Of a DNA stretch of 64,000 nt, positions 34,909-46,494 are shown piece by piece; the first letter of the stretch is position 1; the number at the start of each line of letters is the position of its first letter. Made by a program: the position numbers and the translations under genes. A model generated the notes under the pieces. That model had not been told where the DNA came from and made no database searches. It saw only the letters and a list, made by a program, of their open reading frames with translations. This stretch comes from Takakia lepidozioides (Eukaryota; Plantae; Bryophyta): contig CM060731.1 in NCBI GenBank assembly GCA_030704615.1, forward strand, positions 91,326,001-91,390,000. Direction: 5' to 3'.

Positions 34909-36170
34909 TCAGTATTCAAAGAGGCATTTACGGGCTGAAGGAGAACAAACTCCAGTGTCGTTAGAGCGTCGTCGCTTACCAGGGCCCTCTAGGAAATCTT
35001 TCAAATGAACAAGGGATTTGCCTTTGCCATCGTCGAGAACGAAGAGGGTGGGCTCACCGGCCGGGTGTGTGATTCCCTCAAGCATTTCGGATTTCAGTCC
35101 CAGAATTTTGCCCTGCGCAACTCGCAACATCGCAAGTAAGTGTTGTTGGAGAAGCACGTTTCCGCACGTCACTTCCAGAAGGGTATGTATTTCAGATTCA
35201 ATACATGCGTTCAAGTTTGTTGAGGGGCTTTGCATGCAAGTAGACTTTCTTGCAGGGTTGGGAGATGATGCTGTCGGTGAATTTAGAGGCAGAATTGTTG
35301 AAGGGCCTGCAAGGAGTCTGCCCAGCCCCCCTTCTTTCGTCCCCAAGTAATGAACCACAAAATTTAGCAATGAGTCCCTCCTCCAAGTGCGGATGAAGCA
35401 TATGCAATACTTTCAATTGGTGTGCACACAAATTCCCTTTATGTGCCCAGGTACAGTCACAATTACATGCCCACGTGGATTCGGGTTTGTGAATGGTATG
35501 TACGTTGTGTTAGGGCGGCACTCACATTTCACAAGAGCAACACCACCCGACAATTTGGGCAATTCGACATTGACATCTGGAATTTTACGGGCTGCCAAAA
35601 TGGAACTGCAGACAAATCCCTCCTGTCGTTTGTTGCGCACAAAGCCATATGCCTTCAACTGAGTCATGTACCAGTAGTGAGTGAGGACATCACCAACAAG
35701 CTCTGAGATTAGCTAGTCGACATGGCGGCTGGTGAGGGTGCTCTTCGTGCTCTTAAGTTGGGCTTTCAGATTTTTGTGGTACGCCTCAATTGTTGCGTTT
35801 GTATCTTGAGAAGCATGGGGGATCTTTCGAGACCCCATAATCCACATGTCCGCCTTTGTCTCCATGTAATGCAAGAACTCATGCAAAGTGGGATACTTCT
35901 CCCGCAGGCTAATGAGTTTGTACACGGCCTAGGCAGCAGTAGCATGTCCGGATATCCCTCTAGAATCGTACATAATTTCTCTCAAGTCAAAACTGAGGCG
36001 CGCATTGCAGGGTCTTTAATCTTTGACACTGCATTTTTCAACCATGCTCTACGCACACGCCACAAGCACAAGTCGCCTCAAACCGATCTGCTCCACATTT
36101 GCAGCCAGCACAGCAGAATACGATGAAAGATCATGGCAATACATGATGTCTCGTACGAAGGAAAAATACG
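34909..36170 (-). pseudogene. C-terminal part of an unrelated MULE/SWIM transposase (older host element)
   Basis: LCLWRVRRAW (CxWH-derived), QDTNATIEAYH (catalytic E), CAHQLKV SWIM remnant; stops and frameshifts. Confidence 0.8.
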
Positions 36171-37099
36171 GATTCCAAGGTTTACTATTTCATGAGCAGA
36201 AACCATGAGCCATGAGCCATGAGCCGCATGAGCGGTGAGCCGAAGTCTAAGACACGCGGTTTTCATGAGCGGACTTATCCAAATTTGGAAATGCGGCATA
36301 TTTAAAAAGTATTAAAATAATAGTTTTTAATTTGACATTGTCGTTTTTGGAAGTTCCAGATCCTATAATGCGGCGAAGATATGTCGTGAGTAACAATTCC
36401 GCTCATGGTTTTGTAAATCTACTCATGGAAAAAACTGACCGTGCAATGAGAAATCCAGTATACCACAGCAAAAGGACGTTGCATACTGGCGTGTATAGAG
36501 TATTCCGCGGTTTTATATGCCCTAACATTGGAATGAAGCTGACCCTTCTGTCATGATTGTATGATCCCCATGCAACAACACAGTCTGCAGTGCTTGAAAA
36601 TTCTTGCTTCTTCTTGCATTCTGCGAGAAAGGTTGGCCACTCCACTAGGAAATGCGGTGCCGCATTACGGTTCGCACGTGCGAGAATTCTGAGGGGTTCA
36701 GTGTTCTCGACGGTTGGCGCCCTGAAGACTCGGTGCGATTATCTTACTATGACCAAGGCTGCAACTACCAGTACCTACTACGTTACTTAGAAATGCGGCG
36801 CCGCATTTTCTTGCCGGGGGTCGAATGAGGTAAGCAAAGTTTGGGAGAGCAGAAAAACAAGAACCCCCAAAAAAAACAAAAATCCAGGCACGTGGAAACA
36901 GAAGGTAATGACATAGTATTATCTTAGTTTGACCAAAATAGGTTACTAGTAGACAAGACATAAGTCAAACCCTTCTGTAGCCAAAGTTAGAGGTACTTGC
37001 AGTAGTACAGTTCTACTATAACTGAAACTCCGAAAAGGATGGGCATAACATTGTCTTGTGCCCCGCAAGCCAAGCTCACTGGTCCCCTGGATCCATATT

Positions 37100-37845
37100 C
37101 AGAAGAGTGTACATCTCGTCGGGGCTCAACGCTAGTGCATGTATGAAGTGATTGTGGAATTACACCGGAGTCTCTTTAGGTACACGTAGTACAGATGCTT
37201 GCAAGGGCAGTATGATGCCCCCTTCTTCGCCATGATCTGGAAGTCGGTGCAATTGTAGGTGGGTAATTCTGAAATGGTGATGGTGTACACCTCATTGCGG
37301 ACAACTGAGCTTGCCGTGGCCATCTGATACACACGCCCGAAGCCTGGTGGGGGCACTTCTGTTGAGCTCTGGATTGTATAGTTCATCCCAAGTGCATTCC
37401 CCATCCTTGTCTCGTTCACTTTTAAGGGAGGTCGCCGTCTCTTCGGTTTTCCCCAACGGTGTGTAGGATGCTTAGAGTTGTCACGTACGTTTGTACGTGC
37501 TCTCATAGGGGTCGGTGGTGGAGGCTGTGGAACCGGAAATGGTTGTCTGGGGACGTCAGTGTGCTACACCATCCAAAATCCTGACTCAAATTGTATCCCG
37601 GTTCCACCGGCCACACCGGGGGAGCCTATGGCATTGCTTGTATGCCGTACTTGGGTTTTCCATAGACACAAGTCATAATGTCATGCCTACAGAACCAGAA
37701 CTGGGTCGTCGTCGCCTCCGCAAACTTTGCATGGACAAATCTTCCCGTGAAAGTAGGAGCAGGGACAGCCCCAACTGGGTTCTTTTTTATCATCTATCCA
37801 CAATGTTGTCGTGTATCACTCGAATTGCAGAACACTTGCCTCATA
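37100..37845 (-). pseudogene. E3 transposase C-terminal remnant with SWIM finger
   Basis: GAVPAPTFTGRF, FWFCRHDIMTCV, YNCTDF..CPCKHLYYVYLKRL. Confidence 0.88.
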
Positions 37846-38029
37846 TGGGGTGCCGCAGACTGACACCGAATTTGATCCACCGAGGAGCGAGTATGGGTGG
37901 ATGTCAAGGGGACGGAACTCCGACGATGCATTTTCGTCCAGGCTGCCATCAACATGTACCCCTTCAGTGGATTTTGGGGAAGTGAGGTGGGCGGACTGCC
38001 ATTCGAGCTTGCGGTGGGGACGGTCGTCC

Positions 38030-40160
38030 CCATTACCACTTACCGTTGCCTTCATGACAATGGGACAGAAATGCCGCACCGCATATCCGTTCGGACAGCC
38101 ATACACCCTTGCCTTCATGACAGAGGGGACGGAAATGCGGTGCCGCATTTCCGTCCGGACTGCCATTAGACCTTTACCTTCATGACAGTGGGGACGGATA
38201 TGCGGTGCCGCATTTCAATCCCTACTACCAGTTACCCTTGCCTCCATAATAGTATGACGGATATGCGGTGCCGCATTTCAATCCCTACTACCAGTTACCC
38301 TTGCCTCCATAATAGTAGGACGGAAATGCGGCACCGCATTTCCGTCCCACCTACTATACACCCTTGCCTTCATGACAGTGGGGACGGAAAATCGGTTTCG
38401 CATTTCCATCCAGACTGCCCTGAGACCCCTGAGACCCTTCCTTCATGACATTGGGGACGGAAATGCGGTGCCGCATTTCCATCCGGACTGCCATTGGACC
38501 TTGCCTTCATGACAGTGGGGACCGACGGAAATGCGGTGTCGCATTTCCGTCTTGACTGCCATTGGACCTTGCCATTATTACAGTGGGGACAGACGGAAAT
38601 GCTGCATTTCCGTCCGGACTGCCATTGGACCTTGCCTTCACTACAATGGGGACGGAAATGCAGTGCTGCTTTTCCGTCCGGACTGCCAGAAGACCTTGCA
38701 TTCATAACAGTGGGGATGCAAATGCGGTGCCGCATTTCGGCCGTCCCCACTACCAGTTACCCTTGCCTCCATAACAGTGGGACGGAAATGCGGTGCCGCA
38801 TTTCAGTCGCCACTACCAGTTACCCTTGCCTCCATGACAGTGGGACGGCACCGCATTTCCGTCCCACTTGCCATACACCCATTGCCTTCTGGAAATGCGG
38901 CGCCGCATTTCTATCCAACGACGATGACTATAGAAAAAAAAAATTAGGGTTCTGGTTTTTTTTTCCTGCCACCCCCTGTGGTCGGAAATGCGGCACCGCA
39001 TTTCCATCCAACGGGTAGAGCTAGAAAAAACAAGGAAAAAAACTTTTTTGGATTTTTTTTTCTCTACCCCCTATAGCCGAAATGCGGCGCCGCATTTCAA
39101 TCCAACGACGATGAGAAGAGAAAAGAAAAAATTTTACGGTTATTTTTTTTCCCCCCTCTACCCTCTGTTGTTGGAAATGCGGCATCGCATTTCGATCCTG
39201 CGGGATGACTAGAGAGGGCAAAAAATAAAACAAAAAAACAAACTCCATTTTTATTTTTATTTTTTGCCTTTTACCCCTATGGACGCAAATGCGGTGCCGC
39301 ATTTCAATCTAGCGGCGATGACAAGAGGAAAAAAAATGTTAGGGTTATTGTTTTTCCTCTCTATTCCCCCTGTTGTTGGAAATGCGGCGCCGCATTCCAT
39401 CCAGCGGGGATAACTAGAGAACCAAAAAAAAAAAAAAAAAAAAAAACCAACAATTTTTATTTATTTTTTCCCCCACGGCCCCCCCTACCGTATGGACGGA
39501 AATGCGGCGCCGCATTTCCATCCAGCGGGGATGACTAAAAAAGCGGGGGGGGGGGGGGGGTTTTGGGGCAAAAAACTTTTTTTGTCCTCGTCCCTATGGG
39601 CGGAAATGCGGCACTGCATTTCAATCCAGCGGCGATGACAAGAGGAAAAAAAACGGTTAGAATTTTTTTTTTTTCCCCTTCTATCCCTTGTTGTTGGAAA
39701 TGCGGCGCCGCATTTCAATACAGCGGCGATGACAAGAGGAAAAAAAACGGTTAGGGTTATTTTTTTTCCCCCTTCTATCCCCTGTTGTTGGAAATGCGGC
39801 ACTTCCGTTTTCGACATGGAAGTTTTTCCCATGCCGGACGTTATTCCCATGCCGGATATGGAAATGCGGTGCCGCATTTCCATTTTAGAGATGGATGTTT
39901 GTCCAATTCCAGACCTTTCGACGGAAATGCAGCACCGCATTCCATTGTGCTGGCCGAAAATGCGGTGCCGCATTCCATTGTCCAATACGAAATTTCAATG
40001 ACGGATATGGAAATGCGGTGCCGCATTTCCAATTCGAAGTATGGAAATGCCATTACAAGAATGGAAATGCGGTACTGCATTTCCATTACGACCAGAACGG
40101 CGGAGTGGGAGCTGCCGGACATCAATGCATGGAAACAAAGGAAATGCGGTGCCGCATTTC
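38030..40160. repeat. Array of palindrome GGAAATGCGG(C/T)GCCGCATTTCC, ~62-65-bp units in the left half
   Basis: Roughly thirty copies visible with several spacer types. Confidence 0.93.
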
Positions 40161-40439
40161 CGAGCTTTGGGCATGTACATGTTTCCGTTTATTCAAAGAT
40201 GGATTTCTTCAACCTCAGGACTCTGATATCGCTGACTCTGATATATTCATTGGACAGACACATTGTACAAATGAGACCACAAATTCTAAACAGTGGGCCA
40301 ATAACAGCAGTTCATTGAATACAATGAAACACAATACACAGAAGTGAGGGCACGATGGGTTGTTTTATTGATCGAACACGGTGTCTCACATTAAGCAAGT
40401 CCAAACAAATCTAAGCCCTTCCGCCTTCTACATGGGCGT

Positions 40440-41018
40440 CACCAAGTCGACGGAACTTCGATAGCCCTCAAAACAAGCTCATTTGTGACGCGGCACCTCC
40501 AGGTAAACTGCATTGCGGTCGTTCTGGTGCCTTTGCTGGAGCCGACGACAATGTCATGCCCATCAATGATACCACCATCATACATCTGACAGGGTCACTG
40601 TGGGCCTCATGTGCCCGTGCGATTCGTCTTCGCAACTCAGCCGAATGTCTCCATACACTGGAAGAGCGGAGTGAACTCCACGAATATAGTTTTCCCCGGT
40701 GCAGTCCTCCCTGGTCCACTGGCAGCAGTTCCAGCGCCAAAGCGAGGCCGTGCATGATCTGTCCGGAATCCCATTCCAGCTTGGTATATCGAGGTCAACA
40801 ATTTGCAGCACCGACGGACCGCATTGACCCTCACCCTCACCTCGCTCAAAGCGGTAATAGCCATCCAAATACTCCATTGCGTGCAATGACTCCCGCTTGA
40901 CTCCAGAAGCGTCAGTGAAAACAGAGAGCCAAACAATGATGTCTCCTGATTTGGGTTTGAACATCGCATAATCGTGGCCATGATAAGGGCAGTCAGCAGG
41001 ATTGCAACGGCACAACAT
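40440..41018 (-). pseudogene. RWNCCQWT-family accessory gene copy (frameshift near 40580)
   Basis: CPYHGHDY..GDIIVW..RWNCCQWT..YGDIR, continuing YDGGIIDGHDIVV..ELVLRAIEVPSTW in another frame. Confidence 0.75.
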
Positions 41019-41580
41019 CCTTGCAAAAGATTAGCGGATTAAGCTCAATGACAGCAGCTCCCGGATGGAGGAGGCATCAGCGCGGTGGCTGGAAGTAGTT
41101 CAAGGACATGACAATGTGTTTGCAAACGGTGCAATTCCTCACTTACACTCCAGGGCACATTTAAATTCCCCCCCTATAGGAACCTACACGGATGAAGATT
41201 GGCTGCTCCATGAATATAGCCGTTTCAGTTTCCTTCCGTGCCATGCAAACTATGGGCCGTAAGTGCCAGGTGGGCCTATAGCCACTCAAGACGACTTCAT
41301 CCATCTCCCCTTCGATGTAAATGCGGCGCCGAATTTCCATCTGGGGGGATGGACTTCGGTGGCAGATGGCCGACTGTTCCCCGTGGATGAGAAAGAATAA
41401 GGGGTTCATCCGCCGCTGGCGTGATGAACACGTTACACGATGATTGGTGGGTAGGTGGGACCCAGATCCTCCCCGCAGTGCTCTTCCGCTTCTCATCATT
41501 TGGAAAATCAAGGGCTTCGTTGTTGTCTGCAAGGTCATTGTCATCGACGACAAACATGTCCTGGGGCCTCATTTGCAAGG

Positions 41581-42143
41581 ATGCCGTGCTTGCGGAACCA
41601 GGACAACTGCCCTTATGGAGGCTTCGATTATGCAATGTATTCGGCCACATCGGGAGACATCGTTATCTGGCACACAATTTCCACAGAAGATAGTGGGACG
41701 AATGTGGAAACATTGTCAGCTTTTGAGTATATCCCAGGCTACTACGCCTTCGAGCGGGGTGACGATCTTGGTCGAGGAGTCCGTGGCTCTTGCACATCCT
41801 TGATTCCGATTTTTCCAGCTACGGCGTGCACCCATGCGGAAGAATGCGCACTGCTATGCTGTTGCGGTGGAACTGCTGCCAGTGGACGTGGGTGGACTCC
41901 ATCGGAGAGACGGATACTCTTGAAGGAGTGCGCTCTTCTTCTCCATTGTATGGCGACATTCGCATTGGCGTGGAGGACGAAAAAGTGAAGCTTTCTATAT
42001 TCGATGGTGGTATGATTGAAGGGCACAACATTGTAGTGAACATCAACAAGGGCGGTACAACGGCTACAATCCAGTTTACCTAGAGGAGCCCGATGACTCA
42101 TGAGCTAGTTTTCAGAGCAGTCGAAGTCCCGTTGACAACGTGA
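41581..42143 (+). pseudogene. RWNCCQWT-family accessory gene copy (frameshift near 41785, stop at 42081)
   Basis: CPYGGFDY..GDIVIW..RWNCCQWT..YGDIR..FDGGMIEGHNIVV..ELVFRAVEVP. Confidence 0.75.
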
Positions 42144-42600
42144 CTTGTATTCAGCAGGCACAGGGCTATAGATTTGTTTGCACCATCAGCACAGTAGACG
42201 TGCTTCAAATGCAATTCATGTGGATCAATGAAAACCCCATTGTGCCCTCCTTTTTGTTCTATTCTGTATCCATCGTTCTCACAATGCATCATTCGTCATT
42301 TCGTTTTGGATTGGGAGTGGGGGTGGATTTTGGAAGTGGCTGGTAGGCTGTAATGGGGGCCCATTGTACAGAGCAGTATCACCCTACCATTTGCAAAATA
42401 TTGCCTTTCAATATGTAATTCTAAAAAACATTGCCCGATCTCCTTCATCGGGAGGTCTTTGTCCCCATATGACCGTGACACCCTTAACCCTATTCCCGTG
42501 GATAATAATTTCTGAAAAAAAATCTTGCTCATGTTTTTTTCGACACTTACGACTCTGCTCATGGCTCATGCCGCTCATGGCTCATGAAATAGCAATTGGT

Positions 42601-43155
42601 TGTTGGCAGTCCGGAACAGCTCCCCACACCTTGGTCGCTTTCCGGCTTGCATGCTTACTCACTAGTTTTTAGTCACCAATGGGCTTGCACCGTTCTCGGG
42701 GTTACTACTCCCCCTATATATACTTCTGTGACTGTCCGCGGGGGTTTCACAAACAACACAGTCCTTTTATGACGAACCACCACGAAGACCCTTGATTCCC
42801 GGTGATGAGTCGCGGGTGAGTCTTGGCCCACCTACCACGGCCCCAATGGACCGTGATAAGTCCTAAGACTCCCCATGACTCCCACCACAAGGTCTCAGCC
42901 CCATGGTGAGTCCTATGCCACCCCCACTAAGACCCACTAAGCTACCACCACCCCTCGTGGAACCACCCCCACCGCAACCCGGTGTGTGGGGCTCCACCTA
43001 GTGAGCGCCTTTGCCTCCTTGAGTGCCTTGGGCACTCAAGGGTGCTTCAGCCCCCATACCTGTTGCCACTGCCCCCACCACAGGGGCAACCCCTCTTGTG
43101 TCGTGACCCCCTGCCCTCAAGGCAAAGGGCCGCGACATAGCGAGCCGTCATGACA
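42601..43155 (-). mobile_element. Probable solo LTR
   Basis: TGTCATGAC...AACA termini and a TATATATAG box on the minus strand; no matching TSD. Confidence 0.4.
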
Positions 43156-46100
43156 ACTACAGCTGAAGCACAACCCCCATTTTTGATCTACTTACACTAT
43201 GCACCTTCAAGCACAAAAGGATTGATTGAACCACATATCTAAAAAGGGTGCTCGCTACGACGTCATGGAGTAGCCTCAACCCACTGGGTCCCACCATCCT
43301 ATCTCCCACCACTCCACGCTCTTGCTAGAGCAACTCACTGGTCCCACCACCCTCCTGGCAGCACTCCTGTCGTCGTTGTTCATAGCTCCATAAGTTTCCA
43401 GATCGTAGGTTGTTTCTAGAATGTTCCATAGCCCACCGCCCCGTTGTTTTTTCTAGAACTTTCCCCTATTTCTACACAGGGACCTACACCTGCCCTCATT
43501 ATTCGCACGTTCCAGCAGCCCAACCCGCACTCCCCATTGGCTGGGCCATTCGCCTTCATCTTTCTGACCTTTCCGATTAACGCCTTGGGATCCTTAATTT
43601 TCGGACCCTTCATTTTGTTAATTAATACAGGTGGCCTTATTACATTGGCCCCCTCTTTTAACTCCTGGACCACGCTAATTCCTGGACCACTCTAGAATTA
43701 ACCGGGCCAAATGAAACTGCTTTACATATTCATTGAAGAAGCAGAAGGGATTAGAATTGAGAGTCGACAACACAGTCAGACTTGACTAATTTGTTGTTGA
43801 AGTTCTCGCCTCCTTTTTCAGCCACAATCTGAAGGCTTATATGTAATTGGGTTATATTGGGTTATATGTAACATGCCACAAATCTCCCCAGAGAGGTTTT
43901 CATGCACAGTTGCAGGTAATCGCAGTGATGTGGCCAAAGTTTATTGCATTTTATGGGATGGAATCCTTCTTGTAGATGACAGGATATGCAGGGATCAGTA
44001 AAGCTTCTGGGCTCTGTTGCAGGGCATTGAGCAACGATCTTAGGTGCTCGCAGTGACAAAGCTGCAGAAGAACGTATCCCCAATAAGCACTAACTAAGCT
44101 TCCATCCGGGAAACTGAATAGTCGCGCTAAACAAGTAGAAAATTTCATGTTGTATCTGTTTATCTTTCACATGGACAAGCATCCACATAAAGTCAAACCA
44201 AAACCATGATTCTAACAGATATCCCTCAGGCGATCATTAGCTCTTCAACCAGCTAGTAGGCCTTTTCTTGTTTACTTGCACATAAGAATGTAAAAGGCGT
44301 AGACTGATATCCTATGAAACTATTGCATTCGGAATGCCATTCAAAGCAAATCTATGCAACAGTCAAATTTCCTTGGAGAGAGTAGCCAAGACCTCAGATT
44401 CCAGAGTTGGAATTCCACACTCATACATAACAAACAAAGACACTTACAGATGAAATTACTAGAACCGAAGCTGACCACCCTGAAAAAATCAGAAAACAAG
44501 GGGTTCCTAGCCCATGGATGATTGAATCAAATGATATTGGGACCATGAAAATATCAGACCAAGGCCGAGCAGGGGCAATAGCCATGTACCCATCACATTC
44601 CTTGAAATCACCATGGGCAAACTGGGAACAGATAAAGAGAGATGAAAACATCACCGCCTCCCTGCTTTCTCCATATGGGTCCATTCATGTAATGACAACA
44701 ACGGAAATGCTGTTTGAAAAAACATCCTCTAATTACACACTCAGAACTGTTAAAAGGATGCAGTAACTGTGCAGCAAGGGGGAATGCAGCGCTCAAACAC
44801 ATGCCATCTGCCACACCAGTCCTTAGTTAACGAAGACACATAAAAAAGAAAGAAACGTATTAAAAGACGACAAATCCCACAATCAACTTGTCTTGTGATC
44901 AGTAACCATGTTGACAGCCTGCAATGGATGGCAGCCCACCTAGTTTAACCACAATACAGCACGAATCTCTGGCTTTGCACGCACAAGAAATGACCCAGCC
45001 TGGCAAGTTGCCAAGATGTTTAGTGATGGACGCAAGGCAATCCACAATAACATTTAGGGTGAGGACCCAAAAATTGCACTGGATTTCCGTCCTGTTGCAT
45101 GGCTATATGGTGAGAAGATTGCCCAGCAACAATAAACCCTCACAAAGAATGATCATGAAGAGGGAATAGAATGCAGTCGCCTGCCCGGTGCAGTCTGCCA
45201 AGAGAGCTCCGTGCACCTAGTTAGTCAAATTCAGGAACAACATAGGGATTGCGGGTGGCCTGGCCGATGGCTAACCCCCAAACCTCAGTTTTGCAGCATG
45301 GCCAATTACAGAGACAGACAATCATAATGTTTGCCTCTAAAACGACAGAACGGGCAAGACCATGATCCACAACAGAATGCAGAAACATACTCGAGATTGG
45401 TTTACAGTGCCAGATGGGACTAGCCCAGGTGTGGCACTTCCTACACCTGCAATAAAAGGTGAAAGAGACAGTTGCGATGATCACAACAACACCCTTGGGG
45501 GGCATAGATCTTAATCAATATATTGGGAGGGATCTGACTCAATATCTTGAAGCAAAGACTCACTGCATGGCACCAAGCATCTCAAGGCTATGAGCACTAC
45601 TTGGCACAGCATACACGACCTGCATCTGAGCAGGGCGAACAAGTACAGTGAGCTCTGGATGGTAGCATCTTGCCATTCACTGGCAAAAGGGCTAGCATAC
45701 ATTGGAAAAACTGCCTGCAAAGATATGTATACAGCGATCTACAAGTGGATCGAAGTACAGAGGCTGAGTGAGTTCTTTATTAACAAAAATAGCACATTCC
45801 CCCAAACAAGTGCTTTTTCAAAAGTTTCAGTCAAACACAAATCTGGATCTCGGTTCAAGACAATCTGTCTCCATGCTCGTCAGCTGTGCCTCTCCAACTT
45901 TGAGATGTTAGTTGGAAGGAGTTTCACGAACAACTGCAGAAGAAACACACATGATGATGTGTTGGTCAGTCCCACATGAAGTGAAGCGTATGCATGACCG
46001 TGCTCTGAAGTTGAAATTTAGGCTAGATTGTGATTTTCCATAGCTTCTGGTAGGTTCTTCTTCGTGGAAATTCATGGTGGGTCTGATAGGCGATAAAGGG

Positions 46101-46301
46101 TCCTACTACCAAAGCTCTGCCAGAGGTGAGAATGGACGGGGGAGACCATAGCAGGAGCCATTACTGTTGCGCAATACTCATTCCAGTAGAGGACTTCAAT
46201 TCAAGTGGATCGCGGCCTTCAGCAAACCAACCCCCATCCCCTCTTCTAACAGTCCTATGCAGCATCCGACACCTTCAAGGGGGAGAGAGGAGAGAGATTA
46301 C

Positions 46302-46494
46302 CAGACTTCTCCGGGGCTCCATCAAGCCATTTCTGAAACTTGTACGACACGCGCTCCCGGTCGAGGGCTTTAGTCTTGTAGGGCTCCTTGAGGCAGTTCC
46401 TCACCATGGCTGCGCAAGCGTTTGCATACGCAATGTATGTCATTCCCGCATTTCGCCAGTATGGCGCCGCACCCGCTACCGCTGCTCCTGACAT
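46302..46494 (-). CDS. Mitochondrial ATP synthase subunit epsilon, first coding exon (short last exon not located)
   Basis: [39 protein letters not shown], followed by a GT donor at 46301. Confidence 0.93.

Larger units (their letters stand above)
36177..42595. mobile_element. Internally deleted MULE-like copy E3; last few bases of right terminus and TSD missing
   Basis: Left AAGGTTTACTATTTCATGAGC plus CATGAGC repeats; right GCTCATGAAATAGCAA; contains a transposase 3' remnant and a palindrome array. Confidence 0.85.

Noticed and set aside
38182-40347. ORFs with repeated MRCRIS/KCGAAF peptides (also those at 1449-1758, 2588-3255, 6994-7656, 28324-29368)
   Set aside because: They are translations of the palindromic arrays on both strands, not credible genes.
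43416-43710. Possible MITE with short internal repeats
   Set aside because: No convincing TIR pair or TSD found.
43862-45460. Candidate last exon of ATP synthase epsilon (acceptors near 44063, 44767, 45448)
   Set aside because: Several plausible AG sites and no conserved peptide to choose between them.
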